A stretch of 62,719 nt of DNA, counting the filler, from Globobulimina sp. (taxonomy: Eukaryota): assembly GCA_003354225.1 (NCBI GenBank). It is 28 parts of 28 records of this genome, joined end to end, with 100 filler letters (N's around TTAATTAATTAA, not from the genome) between each part and the next. Parts side by side here need not be neighbours in the genome. Positions count along the whole stretch, not along the records: positions 47,125 to 49,267 come from PIVH01008671.1; positions 49,368 to 51,509 come from PIVH01008672.1; positions 51,610 to 53,751 come from PIVH01008673.1; positions 53,852 to 55,993 come from PIVH01008674.1; positions 56,094 to 58,235 come from PIVH01008675.1; positions 58,336 to 60,477 come from PIVH01008676.1; 22 more parts are not named here. The stretch is one strand, 5' to 3'. A program made the translations under genes and the position numbers. Numbering within the stretch: position 1 is the first letter of the stretch; the number at the start of each line of letters is the position of its first letter. Shown piece after piece: positions 47,126 through 58,545 of this stretch. The notes beneath the pieces were generated by a model. That model ran no database searches. It saw nothing but the letters and a program-made list of their open reading frames with translations, and was not told the DNA's origin.

Positions 47126-47647
47126 ATGTATAAGGAAATGTTTGAATGGAATGAAGCAAACCCGCCGGATATCGTTTATCTGGAACTGATGGCAATATAT
47201 GTTATGCTAAATATTTGCCCACAACAATGGACGGGCAAAGCACTACTATTATTGTGCGATAATAAGGCCGTTTGTGCCATTGTCGCCAAAAAGTGTGCCT
47301 GTTTCTATAGAAAAGACTTGCAAGAATTAGTCAGAAGGATATGTACATTATGTAATGAATATGGATTTTATATATGGATTAATTGGATATCAACACATAT
47401 GAACCCGCGATCTGACGGACTCTCGAGAGGAAAATGGAATGCATTGGAAACTTGCGACAAAACGTGGAGACTCCAAAACAAGACTGCCGAGTCAATAAAA
47501 CATTCAAATGAAGGACTAAGAATATATAAAGAAGCACGCAAACGAATGGCGAATCTAAAGGGAAAGAACAAAGACTGTAAATGTGATAATCAATTTGCTT
47601 GCAAACAACAGAAAGTATATCCTAAATGGAAGGCACATCGAACATAA
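47126..47647 (+). CDS. DIRS-type RNase H domain (3' end of RT-RNase H ORF)
   Basis: DIVYLELMAI, LLLCDNKAV, WISTHMNPRSDGLSR: E, D and D residues typical of DIRS RNase H. Confidence 0.85.
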   Translation: MYKEMFEWNEANPPDIVYLELMAIYVMLNICPQQWTGKALLLLCDNKAVCAIVAKKCACFYRKDLQELVRRICTLCNEYGFYIWINWISTHMNPRSDGLSRGKWNALETCDKTWRLQNKTAESIKHSNEGLRIYKEARKRMANLKGKNKDCKCDNQFACKQQKVYPKWKAHRT

Positions 47648-47846
47648 TTGTAATAAAATTTTTCTTTTTTTCTCCTCATTATATCATTGCATTAACATAT
47701 TTAAATTATTACATTCAATAAAACAGTTCTGAAAAACAGAACGTCTGAAACTGAGTAAACCAAAGTTTTAACACTAACTACTTACAAAAACTACTTAAAT
47801 ATACAAACTTAAGGCTCGACACACAAAGCGCTTTAAGCCAAGAAGA

Positions 47847-48887
47847 ATGACAAGAAACCAATTCGCGAGAATAAAACAAGAGAATTGGCAATATCGACAC
47901 GCGCCAAATACAAATGACCAATATGGATCGGTCGAAAAGTATTGGAGGATATTCAGCAAATTACATGAACGACCATTGGATAAATTCGATGAAAGCAACA
48001 TTATTGATTATATGATATGGAATAAAGAATGTAAACACACATTCGGATGGACAGCGATACATTCCCACCAATATGGAATAAGGGACATGGCGCTCAAATA
48101 TAACAGGAACATAAAGGTTGGGAAGGCAGATATGCCGAACCTACACAACCACAAAATCGCAGAAAAGAGGCAAAACCCTGGCAAGGGAGGATCGCAACCG
48201 ATTGACCAGACGATGATGGCACAATGGATACAAATAATAAAAGCCGACGAAAACATGGATATCATAACAAAACTATCATGGATTGCTACATTGAGCATAG
48301 CATATACGGAGATAAAGAGGATCAGTGAGTACACATTCGATGCAAAGATCGCAAATAATTTAAGTTATCAAAGCCTACGATTTGAACATGACATAGAATC
48401 GGAGCAATGGAGTAAATCAACGTATATTATATGGGAAAGAAAGACGGGAAAAACCCATCAATTTGATTTTGCAAATAAACGATTAGAATCGGCAATAATT
48501 TGTCAATGTACAGCAACATCAAAGATATGCACAAAATGTGCAATAATGAAACTAACAAAGAAAAGAAAGCAAATAAGCAAGCAAAAGGGAGAAAAATTGG
48601 ATTTAAAGAAGCAAATTTTAACTGATAATCAAAAGCCTATCAACCAATATATGGTAGCTAGGAAAGTAAAGCAACTATGCAAACAAACGGGACATGACCC
48701 AACAAGACATACACCGCATGGATTCAGGAAAGGTGGTACACAAAAGGCCATTGCTGATGGCGTACCACTACCACAAATACAAAAGCAAGCCGACTGGAAT
48801 GGACCGGCAATGATCTTTAGATATAATAGCAATGTAAACATACAAAAGCAAATACAAATAATGAAACAAACATACCAAAGATTGTAA
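47847..48887 (+). CDS. Tyrosine recombinase of a DIRS-like retrotransposon (copy 2)
   Basis: KRISE, GKTH, HGFRKGG, ADW, FRY; lies directly after a DIRS RNase H. Confidence 0.88.
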   Translation: MTRNQFARIKQENWQYRHAPNTNDQYGSVEKYWRIFSKLHERPLDKFDESNIIDYMIWNKECKHTFGWTAIHSHQYGIRDMALKYNRNIKVGKADMPNLHNHKIAEKRQNPGKGGSQPIDQTMMAQWIQIIKADENMDIITKLSWIATLSIAYTEIKRISEYTFDAKIANNLSYQSLRFEHDIESEQWSKSTYIIWERKTGKTHQFDFANKRLESAIICQCTATSKICTKCAIMKLTKKRKQISKQKGEKLDLKKQILTDNQKPINQYMVARKVKQLCKQTGHDPTRHTPHGFRKGGTQKAIADGVPLPQIQKQADWNGPAMIFRYNSNVNIQKQIQIMKQTYQRL

Positions 48888-48955
48888 TGTGAATTAATTA
48901 TTTAATAATATAAAAACTAGACTTAAGACAAATAGAACGGAAACGTATGGTATTA

Positions 48956-49267
48956 TAGGAATTGAGGGACTACTAACGATTGGTATATGAAGTGTTTCTA
49001 GGACCTAACATACACAAACAAAGTCCGAGAAACACCGATTACCCTTCCTAGTAATTACCATACGTCCGAACCAAAATATATAGAGAAATCGCCGAGTATA
49101 ACGAGATATGGCCCACCATTCATTTCGATCAGCACTTAAAAAACACGTTACTGCAATGTACAAAACATAATTTGTACAATTTGCGCAAACACAAAAACGA
49201 GAATCACAATCAAGTGATATCCTTAAATAACGTTTCCAAGGATTCGCTATATGCGGAAGAGAGCGAA
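48956..49267 (-). ncRNA. Putative structured RNA antisense to the recombinase 3' flank (copy 2; truncated by contig end)
   Basis: Minus-strand core TGGTTCGGACGTATGG..ACTAGGAAGGG..GGTGTTTCT-stemloop-AGAAACACT..ATATACCAATCGTTAGTA..CCCT matches 5285-5389; more hairpins upstream. Confidence 0.55.
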
Positions 49268-49367
49268 NNNNNNNNNNNNNNNNNNNNNNNNNNNNNNNNN
49301 NNNNNNNNNNNTTAATTAATTAANNNNNNNNNNNNNNNNNNNNNNNNNNNNNNNNNNNNNNNNNNNN

Positions 49368-49582
49368 AATAATTCTGGATCTGCTGCGTTGATAAAGGAA
49401 ACAATTTCCGTCACATTCCATTCATATACGTTTTCTGGCAGAACATAATCTGACGGTAAATATGTGTCTGTTATTATGTCGCGTATGTTTGGATCTAATG
49501 TGGCATATAAAGCACTGTCGGTTGTTGTAGTCGCGGATAAATGTATTATGCCAAAGGTTAGCAAGTAGAGGAACATGGACAT
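49368..49582 (-). CDS. Secreted protein N-terminal fragment
   Basis: Signal-peptide-like MSMFLYLLTFGIIHLSA. Confidence 0.45.
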
Positions 49583-49775
49583 GGTTCAGTTGGTGAGTGA
49601 CTGAGTGGGGTGGAGTTTTTGCTTCATGCAAGGAAGGAAGGAAGCGATCCCAACAATATTGTTCATCCCAAATAATAATAATTTTTATCTAAACACAGTA
49701 GAGCTGAGGATTGCTTTTTTGATTTGGCGTTTTCACGGAGTAAGATGACAAGATCATGAACGCTCTATTTGGCGT

Positions 49776-51488
49776 TTAAAATGTCGCTTGTTCTATAGCT
49801 TCATAATTTGTATTGTCTTGCTGCTGTAATTTTTCTTTTTTTCCGGATCCACAACGTTTTTTATACCAATATAAAAGTAAAATAAATCCGACAATCGCTA
49901 CAATTATACATCCAGCAATTGCAATGATCATCAAATAATCATCATCACTTTCACCATCATATCCATATGATTTGCATGTACTATTTGTGCAACAACAATC
50001 CATCATTTCCTCCATTCCACATAAACCCAATTTATCTCTAATAAATTTATTTAAAAATATCCCATTCGGATCTAATTCATCTCTCAATTTTTTAAAATCT
50101 TGCAACTTCGCATATGATTCTTGCAAATCACAATATTTGGACAACGATTGTTTCCCCCAATGATATGTAACAGGACCAAAATTATGCTGTAAATATCCAC
50201 CGATCGCCAATATCCATTTATCCATAATATACAATGAATTTGCTCCATGAAAATGCATTCCAATTTGAAATACATCGCCGTTATATGATGGCGATAGCCA
50301 TATTTCATCCATTCCAACAAACCTCCAGTCCATTGTAATATCGCCATCGTTTTCTGACTCATTATAAAATCTCTCTGTTTCCATCCATAAATCAGTTTTC
50401 TCGTTTTTCTGTGTAAATATCCACCCAAATACTCCAAGCAATGTTTCTTTCCATAATGCTGCATCAACAAACATTTCATATTCGATTGGCAGCGACAATG
50501 CAAAGGTTGGATGCCATGATGTTTCTGGCGGTGGATTCGTTAGCAATGCTTTGTAGTACACATCAGTACACACCATAGAATCTACAGAATCTACGTATAC
50601 ACTGCGACTCGTGTCAGAATCCCAACATTTTGTATCTGTTAATTCTGTTTGATTTGAGCCATTCGTTATATATATCACTTTATTTGTGATTCGAATCTGA
50701 TGTTCAAAAAAGAAATATCGGTTATGGCAAATATCAAAATTTGTTTGATGATAACTCACTTCATTTTCAATGATTTCTGTGACGAATTCCATATTATCAA
50801 CACCATCAATATAAGTTTCTGAATGTCGCGTTCCATAAAATATTGGCACTGTTCGCACTGTGATTTGTGTGATAATTCCGAGAGCGCCAAATGAGACTCT
50901 CACGGAATCAAAAATGTCTTTATTTAATGTGTTATTTGCTTCAATAACTGTTCCATTCGAAGTAACCATTCTTAAATGAATCACATTTGTAGCACCTAAA
51001 CGAACGGGATTCTTCACAGTGCCCATCCCATGACTTCCTGTCATGATATTCCCCACGAAATTGGACTGCATTGCTCCTGTCCAATTAGGCAATGTCAAAT
51101 TATATATTTCTAAATATTCAAAGACTTCCAATGTACTTAATCCCGCTTCAAATGTCATGAAATTTTCATTTATATTCAATTCAATGATATTCTTCATATT
51201 TACAGACATATTAATCATAAATAATTGTTGCTCGATTTGTGTATTTTCTTCCATCATATTCACCGCTGATTTTGAATGCGATTTGCCTGTGGCACGAATG
51301 CTTGAATTTGTGCGTTGTGCCATATTTATTAAATCAATTATTTCTTGTTCTGACGATGGATACAAACATTCTGTTAAATTGGTTGAATATCTTCCTCCTG
51401 CACTATAAATCATTGAACCATTTTCGAATTGACAACAATCAATCAAATGACATAACAATATCGGTGCAAACCATAGCCAAACTATCAT
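49776..51488 (-). CDS. L-gulonolactone/D-arabinonolactone oxidase family flavoprotein with signal peptide and C-terminal TM anchor
   Basis: PCMH FAD fold (RATGKSHS, TGSHG, SFGALGIITQIT), IEYE, IWLSPSY, HWGK, DPNGIFLN; hydrophobic N-terminus and C-terminal TM. Confidence 0.88.
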   Translation of the reverse strand: MIVWLWFAPILLCHLIDCCQFENGSMIYSAGGRYSTNLTECLYPSSEQEIIDLINMAQRTNSSIRATGKSHSKSAVNMMEENTQIEQQLFMINMSVNMKNIIELNINENFMTFEAGLSTLEVFEYLEIYNLTLPNWTGAMQSNFVGNIMTGSHGMGTVKNPVRLGATNVIHLRMVTSNGTVIEANNTLNKDIFDSVRVSFGALGIITQITVRTVPIFYGTRHSETYIDGVDNMEFVTEIIENEVSYHQTNFDICHNRYFFFEHQIRITNKVIYITNGSNQTELTDTKCWDSDTSRSVYVDSVDSMVCTDVYYKALLTNPPPETSWHPTFALSLPIEYEMFVDAALWKETLLGVFGWIFTQKNEKTDLWMETERFYNESENDGDITMDWRFVGMDEIWLSPSYNGDVFQIGMHFHGANSLYIMDKWILAIGGYLQHNFGPVTYHWGKQSLSKYCDLQESYAKLQDFKKLRDELDPNGIFLNKFIRDKLGLCGMEEMMDCCCTNSTCKSYGYDGESDDDYLMIIAIAGCIIVAIVGFILLLYWYKKRCGSGKKEKLQQQDNTNYEAIEQATF

Positions 51489-51609
51489 GTTTCAGGGCTG
51501 TAAAGTTTANNNNNNNNNNNNNNNNNNNNNNNNNNNNNNNNNNNNNNNNNNNNTTAATTAATTAANNNNNNNNNNNNNNNNNNNNNNNNNNNNNNNNNNN
51601 NNNNNNNNN

Positions 51610-52630
51610 AATGTTGTGGTTATAATAAAAGGGGTGTATTAGGTGTAGGACATTGTAATAATATTACTAAATGGCATCAAATGAAAGATATGAAAATAAA
51701 AAATATATTTGCAGCACCAAACGGATCAGGACACTCATTTTGTATTTCAAATGAGAATAAATTATATGCTGTCGGATTGAATAAGAATAATCAATTTGGT
51801 ATAAAAACAAAGACAGCAAATAATAATCAATGGACACCAATTAATACATCATTATCGATTCAAAAAGTAGCAACAACAGAGTATTACACAACATTTTTAA
51901 GTGCTAATGGTAAAATATATGTTGCTGGTGATGATTATGATGGTGGTTTAGGATTAGGTGAAGATATTGAATCATCCCCAAATATTCAAGAAATTCAAAT
52001 ACAAATAAAATTTAAGGATATATCTTGTGGATGTTGGCATACCTTAGCAATTGATGATAATTATGGTGTTTGGTCGTGGGGACGTGGTGGATATGGTAGT
52101 TTAGGCCATGGAGATGATACTAATAGATATTCACCAACAAGAATACAATATTTTATTCGAAAAAATATTAAAATTGGTAAAATATGTTGTGGTGGTTGGC
52201 ATAATATATTATTATCCTTAAAAAACAAAGTTTTGATCTTTTTGTGTTGTGTTTATTTATTTATTTTTATATTGTTGTCTGTCATATATTTTAATAAATA
52301 AATAAGGTATATTGTTTTGGAGACAATGGGGAGTATGAATGTGGTAATGGTTCGACTAAAACTGTATATTTACCGCAACCAAATGAAACATTAAAAAAGC
52401 AAACAATTATCGATATTAAATGAGGAGCAAATCATAATATTATTAAGACAGCAAATAATAAATTTTATTTATGGGGATATAATAATTATAATCAATGTTT
52501 ATATGTTCATGATGCAAATCCACCAAACAATATTAAGAAACCATTATTATTTAATTCAAATTATTTTGATAAAGATGAAGAAATACTTGCAATGTATCCT
52601 GGATTTTATGAAACACGATTAATACTTTGA
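51610..52630 (+). CDS. RCC1-repeat protein (partial, intron 52230-52306) with in-frame TGA at 52421
   Basis: ISCGCWHT, VWSWGRG.YG.LGHG, ICCGGWH; the last repeat reads DIK*GANH and the frame stays open to 52630. Confidence 0.8.
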
Positions 52631-52695
52631 ATTGAAAACACACATTTTTGTACTTTAATTGTGAGTCGTAAAAACCATCGTTCTTTTTTGTAAAC

Positions 52696-53751
52696 ATGGG
52701 ACAGTGCACATCAACTCCTTCCGATCAAAACACAAATTGCGAGTCAATTACATGGCTAAAAAATGCTTCAACTGGCGTTAAACCACCAAAATACATACGT
52801 ATAATTGTCAAATATCATGACAACACAGCAAATATCAGTGGATATTATCGCAACATCTCAGTTGATTATCCACGCTTCAATGCTTTCAAAAACAGTAATA
52901 TAAATTTCCCGGCTTATATTCGAGTGTTAGATATCGAAGGAAAAGAAATAAAACCAAATAACATCCATTATCTATACAGTAGCGAATTAATTGAAGGCAG
53001 TAGTTGGGTAATTGCAACATATAACGCTTTGCAAAAACATCCGTCTTATGGCCATATGTTATGCCGTAATCCGTATAATAATTTTAAAAATTATTTCGCT
53101 AAAAATGCATCGACACAAGTTGTTAATTTAGAACATCAGGAATATGATTCTCAGAATAGAGACCATACCAATATTTATAAAGTGCTATCTTCCGAGTTCA
53201 AACAATGTGATACTTGCTTAATTTCCATCATTCCATTTGAATCAGTCACAAAAACAATTAATGTTTGTACCAAATATATTGATACAATATTCAAGGAATT
53301 GTATACAAATCAATTATTGTTGTTTGATGTGAATGCGTGGGACAACACAAGCAATGATAAAATTAATTTATTTACACATCAAAGAGAACATATTTACCAA
53401 AGTTTTTTTGGCCCGAAATGTGATGAATATATTCAATATAAATGTGAGTTTGAAAAGTTACGAATTAAATTTAAAGACGACAGATTAAAGGAATTGGGAT
53501 TTAATATTATATTTGCAAATGAATATGACAGTGTTATGCAATATATACAACGTGTATTATATGAATTGAATCCTAATGATCAAATTAATGGAATTGTAGA
53601 GAATGAGAAACGTTATCAACAGATTGTTGAACAACATATGGAAAATATTAAAGGTGTTCTTGATCATAGGAATGGCGATGAAGTTAATAAACAAGTGTTG
53701 ACCATGGTATTTCCAGATATGTACAAGGAACAAGATTTAAAGGGATGGCAT
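52696..53751 (+). CDS. Hypothetical protein with possible N-myristoylation signal (partial)
   Basis: Starts MGQCTS; long ORF. Confidence 0.55.
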
Positions 53752-54195
53752 NNNNNNNNNNNNNNNNNNNNNNNNNNNNNNNNNNNNNNNNNNNNTTAAT
53801 TAATTAANNNNNNNNNNNNNNNNNNNNNNNNNNNNNNNNNNNNNNNNNNNNGATCAATCAATTCTTCGATTTTTCAGAGTTTAAAAAATTGCAAAAGAAA
53901 CTGACCCGAGATCTAAATTCGGCTTCAAATCTGGAGGTCAAACAGCCATCCAAATCCAAACGAAGAAAATAATGGTTTAATAAACAGAAACGACAACATT
54001 CGCAGATCAACAACAACAACATCAACGCCAACAGCCACAAACAGTATAAACACAAAAGAAGAATTAAAAAAACATGAATTAATATTACGTGAAAGTAAGC
54101 GCTCCGTTTTATTTTTTATAGTTTGCGCCTTATTTACGAGCTTCCTACGAAGCAGCCGTACAAACGTATGGATATTATATGCGCGCGTATTTTAT

Positions 54196-55687
54196 TTGGA
54201 GACCTCGAACAATATCGCTTGGGTCTTATATGGCGGCACTATGTTCAGTGGAGTCTCTGCATTATTTTACAGCTCTGTGGCAGACTATATCGGTTATGAT
54301 AAGATGATGTCCATTTTACTATTCCTTAAATGTGTCGGTGTCTTATTGGAATGCATCGGCATTGATTTTAGTTTGTTAATCATCGGTTATATACTCACAG
54401 CCTTAGCAATTTTATACGTCTGTCTCTCATATATTTCGTGGATATTGCCACATAAATACGCAGTGCAATATACGTCATACTTCTACGCTGCATATTTCTT
54501 ATCATATTTATCCGGCGCTATGATTGGGTCCATACTCTCCTATTATTTCAATTATCGCTTGATATTTTGGGTTAATTTTGGTTTCATGGCTGCTATATTT
54601 GTCTTCTCCATTTACTTCATATTAGGCATTCAAATCAAATTAGAAAACAAACAATTGAAATTCAAGAAATTGTATAAAATGATTGCCATTAAGTTGAATA
54701 GGCACAAACATCAACAAAATGTTTTTGAAAATAGGAACACTGAGGATGTGAATGTGGAAAATAGTGAGTATCGGTTAGTGCCGATCCAAGAGGCGGATGA
54801 AAGGGATGTGGATGAAACTGAAACAGTGATATACAACGATGCAGAAATGGATAAGTTAACGGACATAAATGAGAGGTTCAGTGTGGTTGTAAATGATAAG
54901 TCGAACCGCCGCAAATTAAATAGCTCCTATTTTGGAATGCGAAGCATGACTTGGACTCATTGGGTATTATTAATATCCATCATGTTGCAGCACGCCATGG
55001 TGTTATGTGTGGACGCTCTGTGGATATTATATTACAATGTCTACATTGTAGATAAGTTTCATTCGAGTATTATTGTGGGAGCTTCGCAGATTGTGGTTGT
55101 TTGTGTGTTTTTTGCCATTGGGAACTTATTAATTCCGCATGTATTGACTGCAAATTACTGTAAGATCAAAGATAATAAGTATTTGGTGATACTCTTCTGC
55201 AGTATAATATTGATTGGCATGTTTGGAATTGCTTATCCTTTGACCGATGATATTGATGTGTTTTGGGCATATTCTGTCATCACAGGCTTTATATCGGGCA
55301 TATTGTCCATGACAATGGAGATTATTATGTTGGAGTTGCAGCCAAAAGAGTATACCGGGCGCATTAATGGGATAAAAGGGTTTTTGCGCTTCTTTGTCAC
55401 GGCGAATGGAGTCTTAATTGCCGGCTTGTTATGGAATGTTACCTATAATTCCATGTTTTATACACAAGGTACTGTATTTTATACAATTCAAACTTACTTT
55501 TTTATAATTATATGTACAAATTTTAATAGCTGGAGCTCATTGTATTGAATTGGTATTGGTGTTGATAATGATATCCATACAGATGCACCAAAGGAAAAAT
55601 AATCAACCAGTCAATCATTTTGGTGATCAGATACGTGTTCAGGAAGCAGATGAATGTGAAGAGAATCAACACACGCAATATTTGTAA
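54196..55687 (+). CDS. MFS transporter (start uncertain; intron 55469-55529)
   Basis: ADYIGYDK motif A-like, two TM bundles separated by a hydrophilic loop, ELQPKEYTGRING. Confidence 0.8.
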
Positions 55688-56203
55688 AAATACACCAAAA
55701 TAACAAAATTTTTTTTTTCATTTTTTTTTTTATGTTATTTTAGAAAAAAATAATGTTAAATATTTCGTTTCTTGCCATCGGATTTCCGGAAATTATATAT
55801 ATGTGAAACATTAAATTATTTCATAATGAAAAACACTCTTTGAAAGGAATAGGAATTAAGGAAAATGACAAAAAAAAAAATAGAACATAGAAAAATGAAA
55901 AAATATTGTGATATATTGAGCAATATTTATGTACATCTATTTAGATACATAATATAGCACAAAATCAACACAAATAAAAAAACGGTACAAAATNNNNNNN
56001 NNNNNNNNNNNNNNNNNNNNNNNNNNNNNNNNNNNNNTTAATTAATTAANNNNNNNNNNNNNNNNNNNNNNNNNNNNNNNNNNNNNNNNNNNNACAAGTC
56101 ACTCAAAAAAAAAAAAAAGGAAAAAAAGAAAAAACACTAAATTAAAAATCCGATATCAAAACTTTTGGAACAATTACATAACACACTGATGTTTGTTCAT
56201 TTT

Positions 56204-58234
56204 TTATGTATCAACTTTCTTTTTATTCTTACTTTTCTTCTTAACCTTCCCTTTTTTTTTATTCTTATCCTTAGCTTTTTTAACTTTGCGCTGACTCCCA
56301 ACAGTGACTCCAGTCCCTTTCCCTCGAAACGTATGTTTTGTCTGTGGAGAATCCGCATCTTTTCCTAAAAACTTCAAATCAAACTTGCCTTTCTTCGCTT
56401 TGGTTCCCTTGGGTTTCTTCTTTTTTTTCCTTTTCTTTTTACTCGTATTAACACCCAAATCATTATCATTTTCTGTGCTGGTCCCAGTGCTGCCACTTCC
56501 TGATCCCGATCCAGATCCGCTCCCTGACCCTGACACTCCCGTAGCCGTCGTGGATTGCGACGGTTCAAATGCTTCATCCGCAGTATAACCCGTATTCTCT
56601 GTAATAACCGACGGCGGCTTTTTTTTCTTTTTCTTTGGTTTCTTCTTCGCCTTTTTCACCACCGGCGATGTATTGGGACTGCTCGTATCTGCGCTATTCA
56701 ATGATCCAACGTCAGAGGTTGACAATGACGCGCCTGATATATTACTAATATTGCGATCCCGTCCGAGTGCGGCATAAATATCGTCATCCTCGTCATTATA
56801 CGCCGGCGGCTGAGGCAGCCCCATCTCGGTTATAATCTCCATGCTTTGCTTCAAATCGTCAGTGGATAACTGGTGTTTTTGTACGATGGGCGAGGAAAAC
56901 GACTGTCGTTGGTCGGATATCGACGGTGTAGGCAACTTGCCGTCCGCTTCCATCCTAATCATGGCTTCTTTGGTGTATCCGTCCCGTTTATGGGTGGGAT
57001 GCGACGGAGTGGGGTCATCATAGCGCGTTACTTCGGACTCAATGTCCTTTAATTCATAGTCCTCATCATCGTCATCGTCATGCTGTTGTAATAGATGTCC
57101 TTTCAATGAACTTCTGCTCTTAACGTATGACTTAGTTTTATCTGAACTTAAATGCAATTCCTGTGGCTGCATAATCGGTGTTTGTATATTGGATAAGTTT
57201 GAGATAGAAACACCGCTCTGACTCAGAGAGGGTGAGCTCGGCATTCCCTTCAAGATCTCGTCCTGTTTGTTTTGGTACGATTTGGAGTGTCTTTTCATAG
57301 GATCTATCACAAAATTCTGCATCACATCGTTGTCATTCATAGTCTGTATATTAATGTTTTGGAGGAAAACAATGAAAAATAATCCATAAATCATGCTTAA
57401 CGTCTAACTCGTTTTGGATTTTAGATACATTCGACATGGACGTATTAGTATCGCTGCGACTCGATCTCGAGCCGGAGTGCGGTCGCGATCGTGAAGAAGA
57501 AGAATGCTTATAATTATTTTTTTGTTTTCCTCCATCTTTTTGCATTGCAATATATTTAGAAACTTTGCGGGATGATCGTTTGGTGAGTTTTAGAAACTTT
57601 CGTCTTTTTTGCTCCAATTCGGCCAAATCCATCTCGTCGTCGGCTAGGAAGCTTTTTAAATTCGATATCTCCGAACCATATTTGGAGAGTATCGCACTTA
57701 AATATTTTGAATATTCGATACATTCGTCGATTTTATCATGTTCCGCATTATCATCAATGGCTGATATCTGTTGCTGATATCCCATGTCTTTGAGTACAGT
57801 TTGTATGATGGACTTCAATCCAAACAATTCTTTGTGTAATATCTCAACAGAGCCACTGTTAAAAGCACCGGGTTGGTCCTTAACGCCATCAATGCCTTGC
57901 GATTGTTGCTGAATATCAGTCAATTGCCGCTCTAACCGGTTTAAAAAATTCTTTTCGTCCATCAACTCTTGATACTGTTTACAGAAAATAAGTCAATATC
58001 ACATTACTTACATACAGAAACATTAACTTTTTTGCTCTGTGCCTCGGTTATGACCATTCCAGACTGATACGCAAAATCCTGTGTCTTGTCGTAATTGACA
58101 TTACGCGGTGTGGAGGTCATTGGCAATGCCATATTTTGCATTTGCGGCGGTCGAATATCACTTTCTTCAAACTCAGCATAGCCATTCATTTGTAATATTT
58201 CATTGAAATCTAGATCCTGTTGGTTCGGATTCAT
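56204..58234 (-). CDS. Hypothetical low-complexity/coiled-coil protein, probably one multi-exon gene
   Basis: Three co-oriented ORFs separated by short intron-sized gaps; Lys-rich tail, GS repeats. Confidence 0.55.
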
Positions 58235-58545
58235 ANNNNNNNNNNNNNNNNNNNNNNNNNNNNNNNNNNNNNNNNNNNNTTAATTAATTAANNNNNNNNN
58301 NNNNNNNNNNNNNNNNNNNNNNNNNNNNNNNNNNNGATCTCTTTGCAATTATCTATGCTGCAATCGAATGTACAATCGCCAGAGCTACATGTCAGTATTG
58401 AATAAGTGTCAATGATAAAAGTGAATACCAAAAACATGATCATGATATATCTCTTTGAGGACCTGATAGTTTAGATGAACTAAGTTTTTTTCTGCTTAAA
58501 AATTTAATATTTACAACAAATAAAATACGGACACAAATAATTAAT

